This document shows positions 46,985 through 55,905 of a stretch of 64,000 bases of DNA, one piece after another. The notes below the pieces were generated by a model, which worked only from the letters and a program-made list of their open reading frames with translations, was not told the origin of the DNA and did not search any database. How positions within the stretch are numbered: position 1 is the first letter of the stretch; every line of letters starts with the position of its first letter. A program made the position numbers and the translations under genes. The stretch comes from a virus (lineage: Duplodnaviria > Caudoviricetes): positions 1,197 through 65,196 of IMG/VR virus record IMGVR_UViG_3300042691_019112; one strand, 5' to 3'.

Positions 46985-47706
46985 GGAAGGATAAAGTTAT
47001 GGCGGTGTCTGTTCTCCAGTCTTGTCATGTTCGGCAGCATGGTGATATAGTTCGCTACTGCTGCGTCTATTTCAGGCTTGCTGACCGTCTGCATCTCATT
47101 CTTAGCGGCTGTGAGTAATACTTCCCATTGCCTTCTCATAGCCTGAATATCGCCAAACGACATCTTGTAGTTCCGCCCCTCTCTGTTGTACATAGACTTG
47201 TGGTGCATATACTCGATATACGCTTCAACCGCACGTAGGTACACTTCCGGTATCATCACCTCGCCTTGTGCATCTACCGGATACGCGAAGTAGCGCACCC
47301 ACGCCTTGGTGAAGTTCTCGGCCATGCGGTCTGGCCCTATGATGAAGTTCACTCCCTGAAAGGTTATCTGAATATCGCGTTGCCACGGGAAGTTCTCGTA
47401 GTCGTTGACTGCTAAACCCCAATAGTTGGGATTCCAGAATGGCCTGACTTTATGCTTCTCGTCGTCTTTGGATATGATAATGTCGATAGGACATTGCATA
47501 TCTTCTGGGGAGGCGAAGGTGAAGTTGGCTATTGGAATAGGGGCGTTGTCGGGCGTTTGGTTGATGTAGGTTTGTGAAGGCCCGATAGTACGGCAGGCGT
47601 AGTATGCCCAATTTCGGAACTTGAGCCTGTCATCGTCTGATGTCATCCCAAGGGCTATCTGCGCCCCTGATATGGCTTCGGATATGGGAATAATCCTGTA
47701 ACTCAT
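46981..47706 (-). CDS. tail ring or adaptor protein
   Basis: Position before the muzzle; Y.AYPVD..G..MIP...AVEAYI. Confidence 0.65.
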   Translation of the reverse strand: MSYRIIPISEAISGAQIALGMTSDDDRLKFRNWAYYACRTIGPSQTYINQTPDNAPIPIANFTFASPEDMQCPIDIIISKDDEKHKVRPFWNPNYWGLAVNDYENFPWQRDIQITFQGVNFIIGPDRMAENFTKAWVRYFAYPVDAQGEVMIPEVYLRAVEAYIEYMHHKSMYNREGRNYKMSFGDIQAMRRQWEVLLTAAKNEMQTVSKPEIDAAVANYITMLPNMTRLENRHRHNFILP

Positions 47707-47772
47707 GTTGTAAAGGTATGAATAACAAAGTTTAACAGATGGTAGGTTGTAAGGATATTAGATTTGCTTGCG

Positions 47773-47958
47773 ATGGAAAAAGGCGATATTAAGTTTCTTG
47801 CTGGGTTTCCGCCTGCTGTGTGCGAGGTTGAGGCTGTTGATGGCGAATCTGTGACTATTTGTAATGCTTTCGGTGGCTGCCAAGTGGTTAGCGCAAGCGA
47901 ACTTTACGATACCGCCAAGGAGGCGTTTAATGCAGCCGTGGAGAATGATAGAAGATAA
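47773..47958 (+). CDS. hypothetical protein on the opposite strand
   Basis: TAGATTTG 6 nt before the ATG. Confidence 0.55.
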   Translation: MEKGDIKFLAGFPPAVCEVEAVDGESVTICNAFGGCQVVSASELYDTAKEAFNAAVENDRR

Positions 47959-47976
47959 ACCGATTATCTTTATCCT

Positions 47977-48231
47977 ATGTCTAAATCCGTATCGTTATCA
48001 GTAGGCCGTGGTGAGAAGCTATCCACCGCCAAAGGTGCTGGTCTCACCGCCAAAGGTCGCGCTAAGTACAACCGCGAAACAGGCTCAAACCTCAAAGCAC
48101 CCGCACCAAACCCCAAAACCAAAGCCGACGCAGGACGAAAAAAGTCCTTCTGCGCTCGCATGGGTGGTGTAGCCAAGAAAGCTAAAAACGCGGACAGAGC
48201 CAAAGCAGCCCTCAAAAGATGGAAGTGCTAA
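47977..48231 (+). CDS. small basic phage protein (DUF6321-like)
   Basis: GLTAKGR..YN..TGSNLKAP...RKKSFCARM...LKRWKC. Confidence 0.75.
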   Translation: MSKSVSLSVGRGEKLSTAKGAGLTAKGRAKYNRETGSNLKAPAPNPKTKADAGRKKSFCARMGGVAKKAKNADRAKAALKRWKC

Positions 48232-48869
48232 ACCTGTGGTGCACTCCGAACAGCAGAGCCGTCGTTAGACGCATCGTAGGGCGTTTGGTAAGACGCAAGG
48301 ATAGTCGCAACAGTCTTGTCTATCAACGTCTGTAACAACTCCGTGGCTATCGGATACTCGTCAGTCATAGCGTAAGCACTTGTATCCAAATGCACCAACC
48401 CCAAGCTAAACACATACCCCGACATATTCTTATTGCCGAAATACAGGTACACCCTGTTCAACCCCTGCCTTTGATAGCATGGGTATGAAGCCGACGGTTG
48501 GCTCCATCTCATAGTACGCATAATTCGATACTCACCCGAAGTCATGGGATTCCATATCTCCGTGCGTGCGTTATTCCACACCTCGAAAATCCCCTTGTCC
48601 CTCGGTAACACCAACACCGATACAGGCAGGTCGAAGTAATACCTTGTCTGACCGCCCACGGTTTCCGTACTGTAATTAACACCGTCATGTATCCGGATAC
48701 AGTTAGGTGGCACAACACCAAACTGCTTGATGTACTGCGTTAGCAATATCTCCCTTGCTTCATCCGCTTTAGCCTGAATATAACTCATAGGCACTTCGCT
48801 GTCGTCGGAAGGCTTGTTATTGGTAACGCCCATCTGTATAGCGGAAAAGACCTGCTCTAATGTTTTCAT
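48228..48869 (-). CDS. tail ring or tubular protein
   Basis: 213 aa, SDDS motif, YPI near the end; position in the tail module. Confidence 0.65.
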   Translation of the reverse strand: MKTLEQVFSAIQMGVTNNKPSDDSEVPMSYIQAKADEAREILLTQYIKQFGVVPPNCIRIHDGVNYSTETVGGQTRYYFDLPVSVLVLPRDKGIFEVWNNARTEIWNPMTSGEYRIMRTMRWSQPSASYPCYQRQGLNRVYLYFGNKNMSGYVFSLGLVHLDTSAYAMTDEYPIATELLQTLIDKTVATILASYQTPYDASNDGSAVRSAPQV

Positions 48870-49765
48870 GATTGTGCTATCTGTTGTATTGCCTGTTGAA
48901 ACTCACCATCCCTGATAGAAGCACCTGCCAGCTTCAACGCCTCTAAGATAATCTCGTTATGCGTAAACGGTGCTAACTCAAACCCTATGTTGTTCATAGC
49001 GTTGAAGTCCTGTGGCATCCTCAATACATTCATTTCTACTGTCATCCTCGTTGCTTCCGACGTAGGCTGTGGGTAGAATAAATACCCCTCACCATCAATA
49101 CACCTCAACGGATTGGTAGTCGAAGGCCGCTTAAAGACGTTCTGCTGGAAAGCCAAGATGTCGTTCTGTCTTACAAACCGCACCACCGTTCTCGCTGCAT
49201 TAGCCGCAATAACCCTCATGGGTAATGTAGCGGTCTGCACAATACCTACATCCACAACCTCGGCAATAGTGTCCGACGTAACGCTTTTGATAGTCCAGTT
49301 CTTGTCTTGGGTGAAGATAACGCTGCCTACTCCAAGTTGGCTTATAAAGGCCGTGCCTGTGCCTGTTACCGCTCCGTTAGCAGCTACCGTCAACGTGCCT
49401 GTGAGTGCCGTGGAAGCAACCGTGGCTGTGTTAGCAATCTGATACACTTGGGCATCAGGAATGTTGCTTAGGTAGTTCAGTTGGTTGTTGATAACGCCAA
49501 AGGTGATATGTCCAGATTGGTCAACCTGCATTCGTGTGGTGTATAAGATGTTAGCCAACGCTTGGGCGTTATACTCGGTATTCTCATAGCTACCTATGGG
49601 CGTGGAAAGGTCGTTAGGGATAGCCGACTTATTGTAGAAGTACTTATCCAAGATGGTCATCTGCGCCTGTGTTAGCAGGTCGTACTTCTCGGAAGGTAGG
49701 TAGTAGGGGCTATCGGTCTTGTCTAAGAGTATGTCGAATACCCTGATTACTTGCTGTGGGGTCAT
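48866..49765 (-). CDS. tail ring or neck protein
   Basis: F..LLDK..S......E....L..AQ start, FEL....HNEII end. Confidence 0.7.
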   Translation of the reverse strand: MTPQQVIRVFDILLDKTDSPYYLPSEKYDLLTQAQMTILDKYFYNKSAIPNDLSTPIGSYENTEYNAQALANILYTTRMQVDQSGHITFGVINNQLNYLSNIPDAQVYQIANTATVASTALTGTLTVAANGAVTGTGTAFISQLGVGSVIFTQDKNWTIKSVTSDTIAEVVDVGIVQTATLPMRVIAANAARTVVRFVRQNDILAFQQNVFKRPSTTNPLRCIDGEGYLFYPQPTSEATRMTVEMNVLRMPQDFNAMNNIGFELAPFTHNEIILEALKLAGASIRDGEFQQAIQQIAQS

Positions 49766-49965
49766 TAGTGTAGTCCTTTGATGTCTTTGATATGCTCAAC
49801 CTTGGCTATGGATAGCGGCTTGGCTTTAGCCTCTGTGATGCCTCTTGTAGCACGACGCAAGAGTTCCTTGCTTTGCTTAGCTTCTTCTAAAGGTACGCTT
49901 GTCACCACCTCTTTTGTGAAGGACGCTTTACCGTCTGTTATTGTTACACTTGCAAGGTAAATCAT
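49765..49965 (-). CDS. hypothetical protein
   Basis: 66-aa ORF; TACCTTTG 4 nt upstream. Confidence 0.55.
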   Translation of the reverse strand: MIYLASVTITDGKASFTKEVVTSVPLEEAKQSKELLRRATRGITEAKAKPLSIAKVEHIKDIKGLH

Positions 49966-50031
49966 GTATCAAAGGTAACGCAAAAGGGCTGTAAAACACA
50001 AAACCCCTCGAATGAGGGGCTGTGTAGTCGC

Positions 50032-50376
50032 TTAGTCAAGAATGACCCAATCTTCTGCAAGAATATCAGTTTGGCTTGCAAGCCAACCATTAACGATTGA
50101 CCCATCAGCAGCATACATGCACAAATATGCGCCAAACTTTACGGGAGCTCCTTCATCAAGTGGAATATCATTTCCTTCAGCATCCTTGCAGTTGAAGTAA
50201 AAGAAATCCTTTACACTTCGAGGAAGAGATTTTACTTGTTGAACTACCATTTTTATTGGTAATTCATCGGCAGGTCTTTGGAATATGAACATCCCTTTTC
50301 CGTTCCATCCTTGTCTTGCTACTCTTTTGCCTTGCTTCAAGGCTTCAATAGCTTTTCCAAAATCTACTGTTTCCAT
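50032..50376 (-). CDS. DUF2829-family protein
   Basis: [25 protein letters not shown]...[13 protein letters not shown]. Confidence 0.85.
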   Translation of the reverse strand: METVDFGKAIEALKQGKRVARQGWNGKGMFIFQRPADELPIKMVVQQVKSLPRSVKDFFYFNCKDAEGNDIPLDEGAPVKFGAYLCMYAADGSIVNGWLASQTDILAEDWVILD

Positions 50377-50397
50377 GCTTCAAATGTAAAAGTTTTT

Positions 50398-50676
50398 TTA
50401 CTGTTCGTCAGATGCTATCGAAGCCGCCTCTAACGCTAACTTCTTAGCCTCTATCTCCTTCAAGACACCCCTCTCAAGCGCATCCATAGGTATCTCACCA
50501 TTGATAAGCATCTCTGCAATAACCGTATTGGTACGCAAAGCCTTCGCAAATTCCTCTACAATACTTCCACCTGCGTTGGAACCACCTTTGCAATGAGGGT
50601 GGGTACGCATGAAGTTGATTTCGTCTTGACTATCCTCGTGGATTTTCAATGTTCCGTTTTCAAATTTCCTAAACAT
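50398..50676 (-). CDS. chimeric protein with a fragment duplicated from 51650..52411
   Basis: FENGTLKIHEDSQDEINFMRTHPHCKGGSNAGG. Confidence 0.55.
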   Translation of the reverse strand: MFRKFENGTLKIHEDSQDEINFMRTHPHCKGGSNAGGSIVEEFAKALRTNTVIAEMLINGEIPMDALERGVLKEIEAKKLALEAASIASDEQ

Positions 50677-50693
50677 TCTGTTTTCAAATTTAA

Positions 50694-51551
50694 CTACAAA
50701 TTACGGATATACGTAGCTAACGCCTCCTCTGGGGCAAAGAAGCCCGAACCTTTTAGCAACTTACTATTGCAGTAGATAGCATACTTCGTAACACCATCAA
50801 CCTCAACAGGCTCAACCTTAGCAACCTTAGCATCTAACAAGCCCGTCTCCCCTGTCAACCACTCCTGCTTGAACCTCTCGTTATACTTGTCACATTGATT
50901 CTCCGCCTCCAACCTGCTATTGGAAATCTTACTCATGTTGCTGTTATGCACAATCATATACATTCCCATAAACACCTCAACACCCCTATCCGTAGGCCAC
51001 AACACCTCGCCATCGCCAAAGTCAATAGCACCTAAGTACTCGTCAACCTTACCATTGTACCGCGACACCACCCACAAAGCCTTCTTGATGCTCACCGCAA
51101 ATATCAACCTGAATACATCGTGGTACATCTCCCTAACCCCCTCACCTAAGAACTCCTCCTTAGCCTCATGCAACACCGTCAACGCCCCTTGAGCATTCTC
51201 GATAATCTCACGTGTGCCTAAGATTTCATCTATATCAATAGGCATACCTGCATGAAGCATCGCCCCTCCAGCAAAGTAATTCATATCTACAAAAGCATCC
51301 GCGCACTCCACCGTCAACTCTAAGGGGTCGGGAGCATCTAACGGGTCATCGTGAACATCCATGCCCCTCTTGGCCAACGCAAGCATATACTCATGGTATT
51401 CCTCATTGAAGAAGCCGTAGTGCATGGCTATTGCACCTCTCCCCAACCGCTCATGCGGCTGCTGCTTGTCATAAGGAATAGTGGCTATCGGTAAGCCGTG
51501 CGACGTGCGAAAGTCGCCCATCGTCTTATTGTATAAAGTGTTGTTATCCAT
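50694..51551 (-). CDS. MazG-like nucleoside triphosphate pyrophosphohydrolase
   Basis: EEYHEY, ECADAFVDMNY, VHNSNMSK. Confidence 0.75.
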   Translation of the reverse strand: MDNNTLYNKTMGDFRTSHGLPIATIPYDKQQPHERLGRGAIAMHYGFFNEEYHEYMLALAKRGMDVHDDPLDAPDPLELTVECADAFVDMNYFAGGAMLHAGMPIDIDEILGTREIIENAQGALTVLHEAKEEFLGEGVREMYHDVFRLIFAVSIKKALWVVSRYNGKVDEYLGAIDFGDGEVLWPTDRGVEVFMGMYMIVHNSNMSKISNSRLEAENQCDKYNERFKQEWLTGETGLLDAKVAKVEPVEVDGVTKYAIYCNSKLLKGSGFFAPEEALATYIRNL

Positions 51552-51598
51552 GCCTACAAACCTAACATATACCGATAATGCGGACTGTTAAATAAAGC

Positions 51599-51630
51599 AA
51601 AAACCCCGCTTTTCTTAGGAGCGGGGCTTT
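51599..51630 (-). terminator. intrinsic terminator
   Basis: CCCCGCT...AGCGGGG preceded by an A run on the + strand. Confidence 0.7.
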
Positions 51631-51649
51631 GATGGGGAGTGGGGTCGGT

Positions 51650-52411
51650 TTAGTCTTGAGGCATAAAGGCTAACTCGGTAGTCGAAGGCTTTCCGCCTTT
51701 ACCTTTGTTCACCTGCTTAGGCGGTTCGTTATCCAGCATATCCGCAAGCTCCACCGCGCGGCTTAACTCGTCGCGGATAGTAGCGTGGTCGGACTTGTGT
51801 AAGTACTCAACAGCCGCATTCTCATTGCTGCCCAAGGTAATGTGATTCCATGATAGGAAGCCACCTTCGGTAACTTTGATAACGCCCATGCTCTTACCCT
51901 TGCGGATGATAGCACGTGTGCGCACTTCGGGCTGGTCGATGTTCTCATACTGATAAATCATCGCTTCGGGGTTCTGCTGGGCAAAGGTCACAAGCGTAGG
52001 CGTGTCTGCATTAGGGTTAAGCCCTAACATAAGAGCCACACGCTGCTTGGTAGCACCTGTGAGCCTCGCTGCGATACCGATAGCTTCTGCCATACGCATA
52101 GCTTGGTCGTGAGCGGCACGTTGCTCCTTGAACATATCATACTCCCTGAACATCACCTGTCCACCTGCGTTGGAACTACCTTCGCAATGAACGTGGTTAC
52201 GCATGAAGTTGATTTCATCTTGGTTGTCCTTGTGGATTCTCAATACGCCATCTTCAAACTGAAAGCGTTTTTTGATAACCTCACCGTCGCGCTCGTCGAT
52301 TACTACGTAGTTGGCTTTCCCATTCCTTCCGGTAAATCCGGTAGTGCTGTAAGTAGGAGTTACGTTAGGTAACGTCCTAAACTCCACAAATTCTTGTTCT
52401 AACGTCGTCAT
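51650..52411 (-). CDS. conserved capsid-module protein
   Basis: 253 aa downstream of the capsid genes; I.K....GVI...W....LG......VEYL. Confidence 0.65.
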   Translation of the reverse strand: MTTLEQEFVEFRTLPNVTPTYSTTGFTGRNGKANYVVIDERDGEVIKKRFQFEDGVLRIHKDNQDEINFMRNHVHCEGSSNAGGQVMFREYDMFKEQRAAHDQAMRMAEAIGIAARLTGATKQRVALMLGLNPNADTPTLVTFAQQNPEAMIYQYENIDQPEVRTRAIIRKGKSMGVIKVTEGGFLSWNHITLGSNENAAVEYLHKSDHATIRDELSRAVELADMLDNEPPKQVNKGKGGKPSTTELAFMPQD

Positions 52412-52427
52412 GGCTTAAAGATAGTGG

Positions 52428-53276
52428 TTAAAGTGAAAGTGCTACAACTTCGTAAGTGACAAACACATCGAGGTCGAAGTTTCCAGTAGTGAAAGAAGAT
52501 GCTGCAATAGCAACCAATGCAGCGTTGTCAACAATCTGGTCAAGCGTATTTGCACCTGTGATACTTGCGTGGTATCCACGACCAATCTTAGTAGCGGCAG
52601 AAGCGTTTGTCAGCACTTGCGAAGCAATGATAAACTGCGTTTGAGCCGCGCCTGCACATTGTACGTTGATGTTCGCCCCAGCAGCATATACAGTAGTTCC
52701 TGCACCCGAAGCCTTAGTAGCTACCGAAATCACATTGTAAGCAAACCCAGCTCCCAATGCAGGAAGCAGCGTAATGCCTGTGGTGATTTCAGTACCTAAT
52801 AACTCCGCACTACGAATAGTAACCTTAGCACGCTTGATAGGAGAACCAGCAAAGTTGCTTGAGATGCCCGCGATAGTTGTAGCAGCGGCAGTAGATGAAG
52901 TAAGCGTAATAACCTGACTAACGATATTACTGCTCATATTAGACATGTAATCCAAAGAAGTAGTGGATGTTCCACTTACATTGAGGATTCTTTCAGGGTT
53001 AAGCAACACAGTTAATCCTGCGTAATACGGGCTTGTAGCATTACATACAAAGCGCACTAACGTACTTACGGCAGCAGAAGATTGTTCTTGGATAGCCGCA
53101 AGGGTAGTAGAAGAAAGAAGTACAACCTCCTTCTGATTTACTCTATCCCATAGAGTAATCTGTCTTGAAGATGTAAGGTCGATAATCTGAACAACGTCCG
53201 ATGCCTTAAACATTACTGTTTTGTTGACATCTTGCCCGTTTTCATTAGTGATTAAAGCGGTGATAAATCTGTTCAC
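52428..53276 (-). CDS. putative capsid decoration or auxiliary protein
   Basis: S/T/A-rich beta-type sequence directly after the major capsid gene. Confidence 0.6.
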   Translation of the reverse strand: MNRFITALITNENGQDVNKTVMFKASDVVQIIDLTSSRQITLWDRVNQKEVVLLSSTTLAAIQEQSSAAVSTLVRFVCNATSPYYAGLTVLLNPERILNVSGTSTTSLDYMSNMSSNIVSQVITLTSSTAAATTIAGISSNFAGSPIKRAKVTIRSAELLGTEITTGITLLPALGAGFAYNVISVATKASGAGTTVYAAGANINVQCAGAAQTQFIIASQVLTNASAATKIGRGYHASITGANTLDQIVDNAALVAIAASSFTTGNFDLDVFVTYEVVALSL

Positions 53277-53306
53277 GGTTCGTTTATTTAAGTGGTTAAA
53301 CAGTAA

Positions 53307-53332
53307 GAAGCCCTCCTGTTACAGAGGGCTTC
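53307..53332 (-). terminator. hairpin after the major capsid gene
   Basis: GAAGCCCTC-ctgttaca-GAGGGCTTC. Confidence 0.65.
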
Positions 53333-53341
53333 CATCTAATG

Positions 53342-54748
53342 TTACGCGGCAAACTGGAAGCCGTGGGAGTTCGCAGCTCGCATCTCCAAACCTGTTGCGG
53401 TTAAGAAGAACACGCTAAATCCATCCAAACCGTTAACCGCTATGTTGTTCATAGTAGTCGCTGGTTCAGGAGCGGACATACCTGGCGCAACCTTACGGAT
53501 AAACTTGTACGCCACACCGTTAGCATCTACCTGATAACGCTCACGAAGCAATGGCACTCCTTGAGTGTCGTTACCCATGTTCAAGAACAAGGCAGCCTTA
53601 CTAAAGTTGATGTTTCCGGCAGCAGCAGGAGTTGGGAACAACGTTGGGTTATCAAAAGGCTTGTAGTGTACCAAGTGAAGCACACCACCCATGAAGTCAT
53701 AAGAGGTGAAGTTCAACTTGATGTCTTTCATCGCCTGTGTCGCTGTGTACTGCACCGCACCATTTACAATATAAAAACGTAGTGCTTGCTGTGCATCGCG
53801 TAACCATTGGCTACCGCAAAGTACTGTCCACTCGTTAGAGGTAGAACCGTTAGCTACAATCATCAAGCGGATCTGCTCTTCGATGTCGGAAGCCTGTAAA
53901 GCACCTGTGTAGGTGGTTACAGAACCACGGTTCAAGATGTTAGGCACAAGACCTAAAGACGAACCTGCTGCCGATGGTGAGGTAGCGGTAGGTGACTGCA
54001 CACCCATGAGGTACAACATCTCCTTGTCCTTCATGGTTTCTTCCATCGCAATGCTTTCGTTGATGAAAGAGTAGTACCTCTTGCCTGTCTTAGGGTCTTT
54101 AATCCACTTCATGTTGCTGTTCTCTGTGGTTGAGCAACGCGCCGTTCTACGATTGGTGGTGATGAAGTTGTTAAGCTGTTCAGGGTTCCAAGTGATAGGG
54201 TTTGGAGCGTCGCTGTATTCAATGTTGGTTGAGTACATCTGTGCAAACCTGTTGCCTGATGCAGGAACGTTGTTGTAAGCAGCACCTCCTGATGCTACCC
54301 ATGCAGATGCACCTACTGGAGTAAGCACTACATCTACGTCCGAACCGTTTTGTGTCACGGTAGAAATACGTCCTACCGAACCATTCTCAAAGCGGACAGT
54401 CATCGTAGGCACTAATACGGGAGCGGTAGTGAGCGACGTAAGGTCGGCATTGAGGATTTTCACGGTGATAGTAGCACCTGCGGACAGGGTTGAGCCTGCG
54501 CCTACGGTGTACTGCTTACGGGTGAAGCCGTATTCAAACCAGCTGAAGGTCTGCTGGGTTGCTTCCTCACTACGAGTGAGGCGGTCGAGAAGCGCACAAA
54601 TCTGATATTGCTTACCATACTTGAAGGTAGCAACCTCGGAAATGTCGGGTTTGTTCAAAGAACTCAAAACATAGTTTGAGAACGTGGGTTGGGGTGTACC
54701 TGTCTGTGCAGGGTTTACCAACGGGTTATTGACAGTAGTTACTGACAT
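53342..54748 (-). CDS. major capsid protein
   Basis: 468 aa after the scaffold gene; F.WFE, N.ITT.R, KE..YL.G, GL...I motifs; followed by a terminator. Confidence 0.8.
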   Translation of the reverse strand: MSVTTVNNPLVNPAQTGTPQPTFSNYVLSSLNKPDISEVATFKYGKQYQICALLDRLTRSEEATQQTFSWFEYGFTRKQYTVGAGSTLSAGATITVKILNADLTSLTTAPVLVPTMTVRFENGSVGRISTVTQNGSDVDVVLTPVGASAWVASGGAAYNNVPASGNRFAQMYSTNIEYSDAPNPITWNPEQLNNFITTNRRTARCSTTENSNMKWIKDPKTGKRYYSFINESIAMEETMKDKEMLYLMGVQSPTATSPSAAGSSLGLVPNILNRGSVTTYTGALQASDIEEQIRLMIVANGSTSNEWTVLCGSQWLRDAQQALRFYIVNGAVQYTATQAMKDIKLNFTSYDFMGGVLHLVHYKPFDNPTLFPTPAAAGNINFSKAALFLNMGNDTQGVPLLRERYQVDANGVAYKFIRKVAPGMSAPEPATTMNNIAVNGLDGFSVFFLTATGLEMRAANSHGFQFAA

Positions 54749-54762
54749 GGTTAGTTAATGGT

Positions 54763-55860
54763 TTAAATCAAAGAGAGAAGCCCTGTTCCTTGCTTGAGGT
54801 CTGCAATCATCTGGTCTCCTTCGGACAAGCGCGTTCCTGCTGCGGCTGGGGTTGGGTTGCTGTTTGGTTGAACATTGCTCAAATTATTCAGCACTTGCGC
54901 CTTGCCACGGCTTTCGTAGTTCTGCTTGGCCACTTTCAGGACTTTAGGAAACATCTCCAAGATGGCAGCCGCCTCAATAGCCTTCTTCACGTCAGCTTTG
55001 CTGTCGATGGAAAGACCGTAACGGTTACGCAACTCGTCGGAGTTCATGATTTTGGCTATCTGATTGCGGTCATCATTGCTGATTTTCACGCCTGCAACAG
55101 CCTTCATCTGTGATAAAGTTTCGCTAATAGCCTTCTGTCGCTTTTCAGCAAAAGCCTTAGCCTCTTGTTCGTAGGATTGTACCCTTGACTGCTGTTCCCT
55201 GATAAGTTCATTGCGTACAATCTTAGCTTGTAACTCCTTATGAACTTCCGGCAAAGATTCAAGATACTCCTCTGCTTGTTCTTGTGTCAACCCCTTTCTA
55301 TCAGGGCTTGTAAGGTCGAACATCAACAAAGTGTCGTTGTCCACCTGATTGTAGTCGAGGCTCATCAACCCCAAATACTCCAATGCCTCGGTCTTACCCA
55401 AGGTCTTGGCAATCTCATTCGCTCTCTTCAAGCTGTCATCCGCAAACACCTCCTCACTCTGCTTGCGCAAAGTTTCTACCTCGGCATTCTTGGCCTCGAT
55501 AAACTTCTCGATACCCTCCTTACCCTTGGTTTCAATGCCATACTTCTCGTAAATCTCATTGAAAGGGTCATTGGCAGGTTCTGTCGGAGCTGTCGGCTCA
55601 CTCAAATCAAGCAAGTCGTCGGCAGGCTCTATCGGCTCTTGAGGGTCTTTCGGCTCATCATCGCCATTAGGGTCTGTCGGCTCTACTGGATCTGTCGGTT
55701 CAGCAGGTTGCGGTTGCGGCTGTGGTTCTACCGCACCACCGTTAGGCGCACTTATAGGCTCGCTATTACTAAAAATAGGTAAGCCTTGGGCGATTGCCAA
55801 CTCGGCTGCGTCACCGTTGTCTGGCAAATCTTGGGCTGAAATAGGTTGTCCTGTACTCAT
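54763..55860 (-). CDS. scaffold-like protein
   Basis: Acidic P/E/D-rich N-terminus then helices; between portal and capsid genes. Confidence 0.7.
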   Translation of the reverse strand: MSTGQPISAQDLPDNGDAAELAIAQGLPIFSNSEPISAPNGGAVEPQPQPQPAEPTDPVEPTDPNGDDEPKDPQEPIEPADDLLDLSEPTAPTEPANDPFNEIYEKYGIETKGKEGIEKFIEAKNAEVETLRKQSEEVFADDSLKRANEIAKTLGKTEALEYLGLMSLDYNQVDNDTLLMFDLTSPDRKGLTQEQAEEYLESLPEVHKELQAKIVRNELIREQQSRVQSYEQEAKAFAEKRQKAISETLSQMKAVAGVKISNDDRNQIAKIMNSDELRNRYGLSIDSKADVKKAIEAAAILEMFPKVLKVAKQNYESRGKAQVLNNLSNVQPNSNPTPAAAGTRLSEGDQMIADLKQGTGLLSLI

Positions 55861-55905
55861 CGTACTACAAAACTAACAACAAACCAAATGAAATCACAAA
55901 TAATG

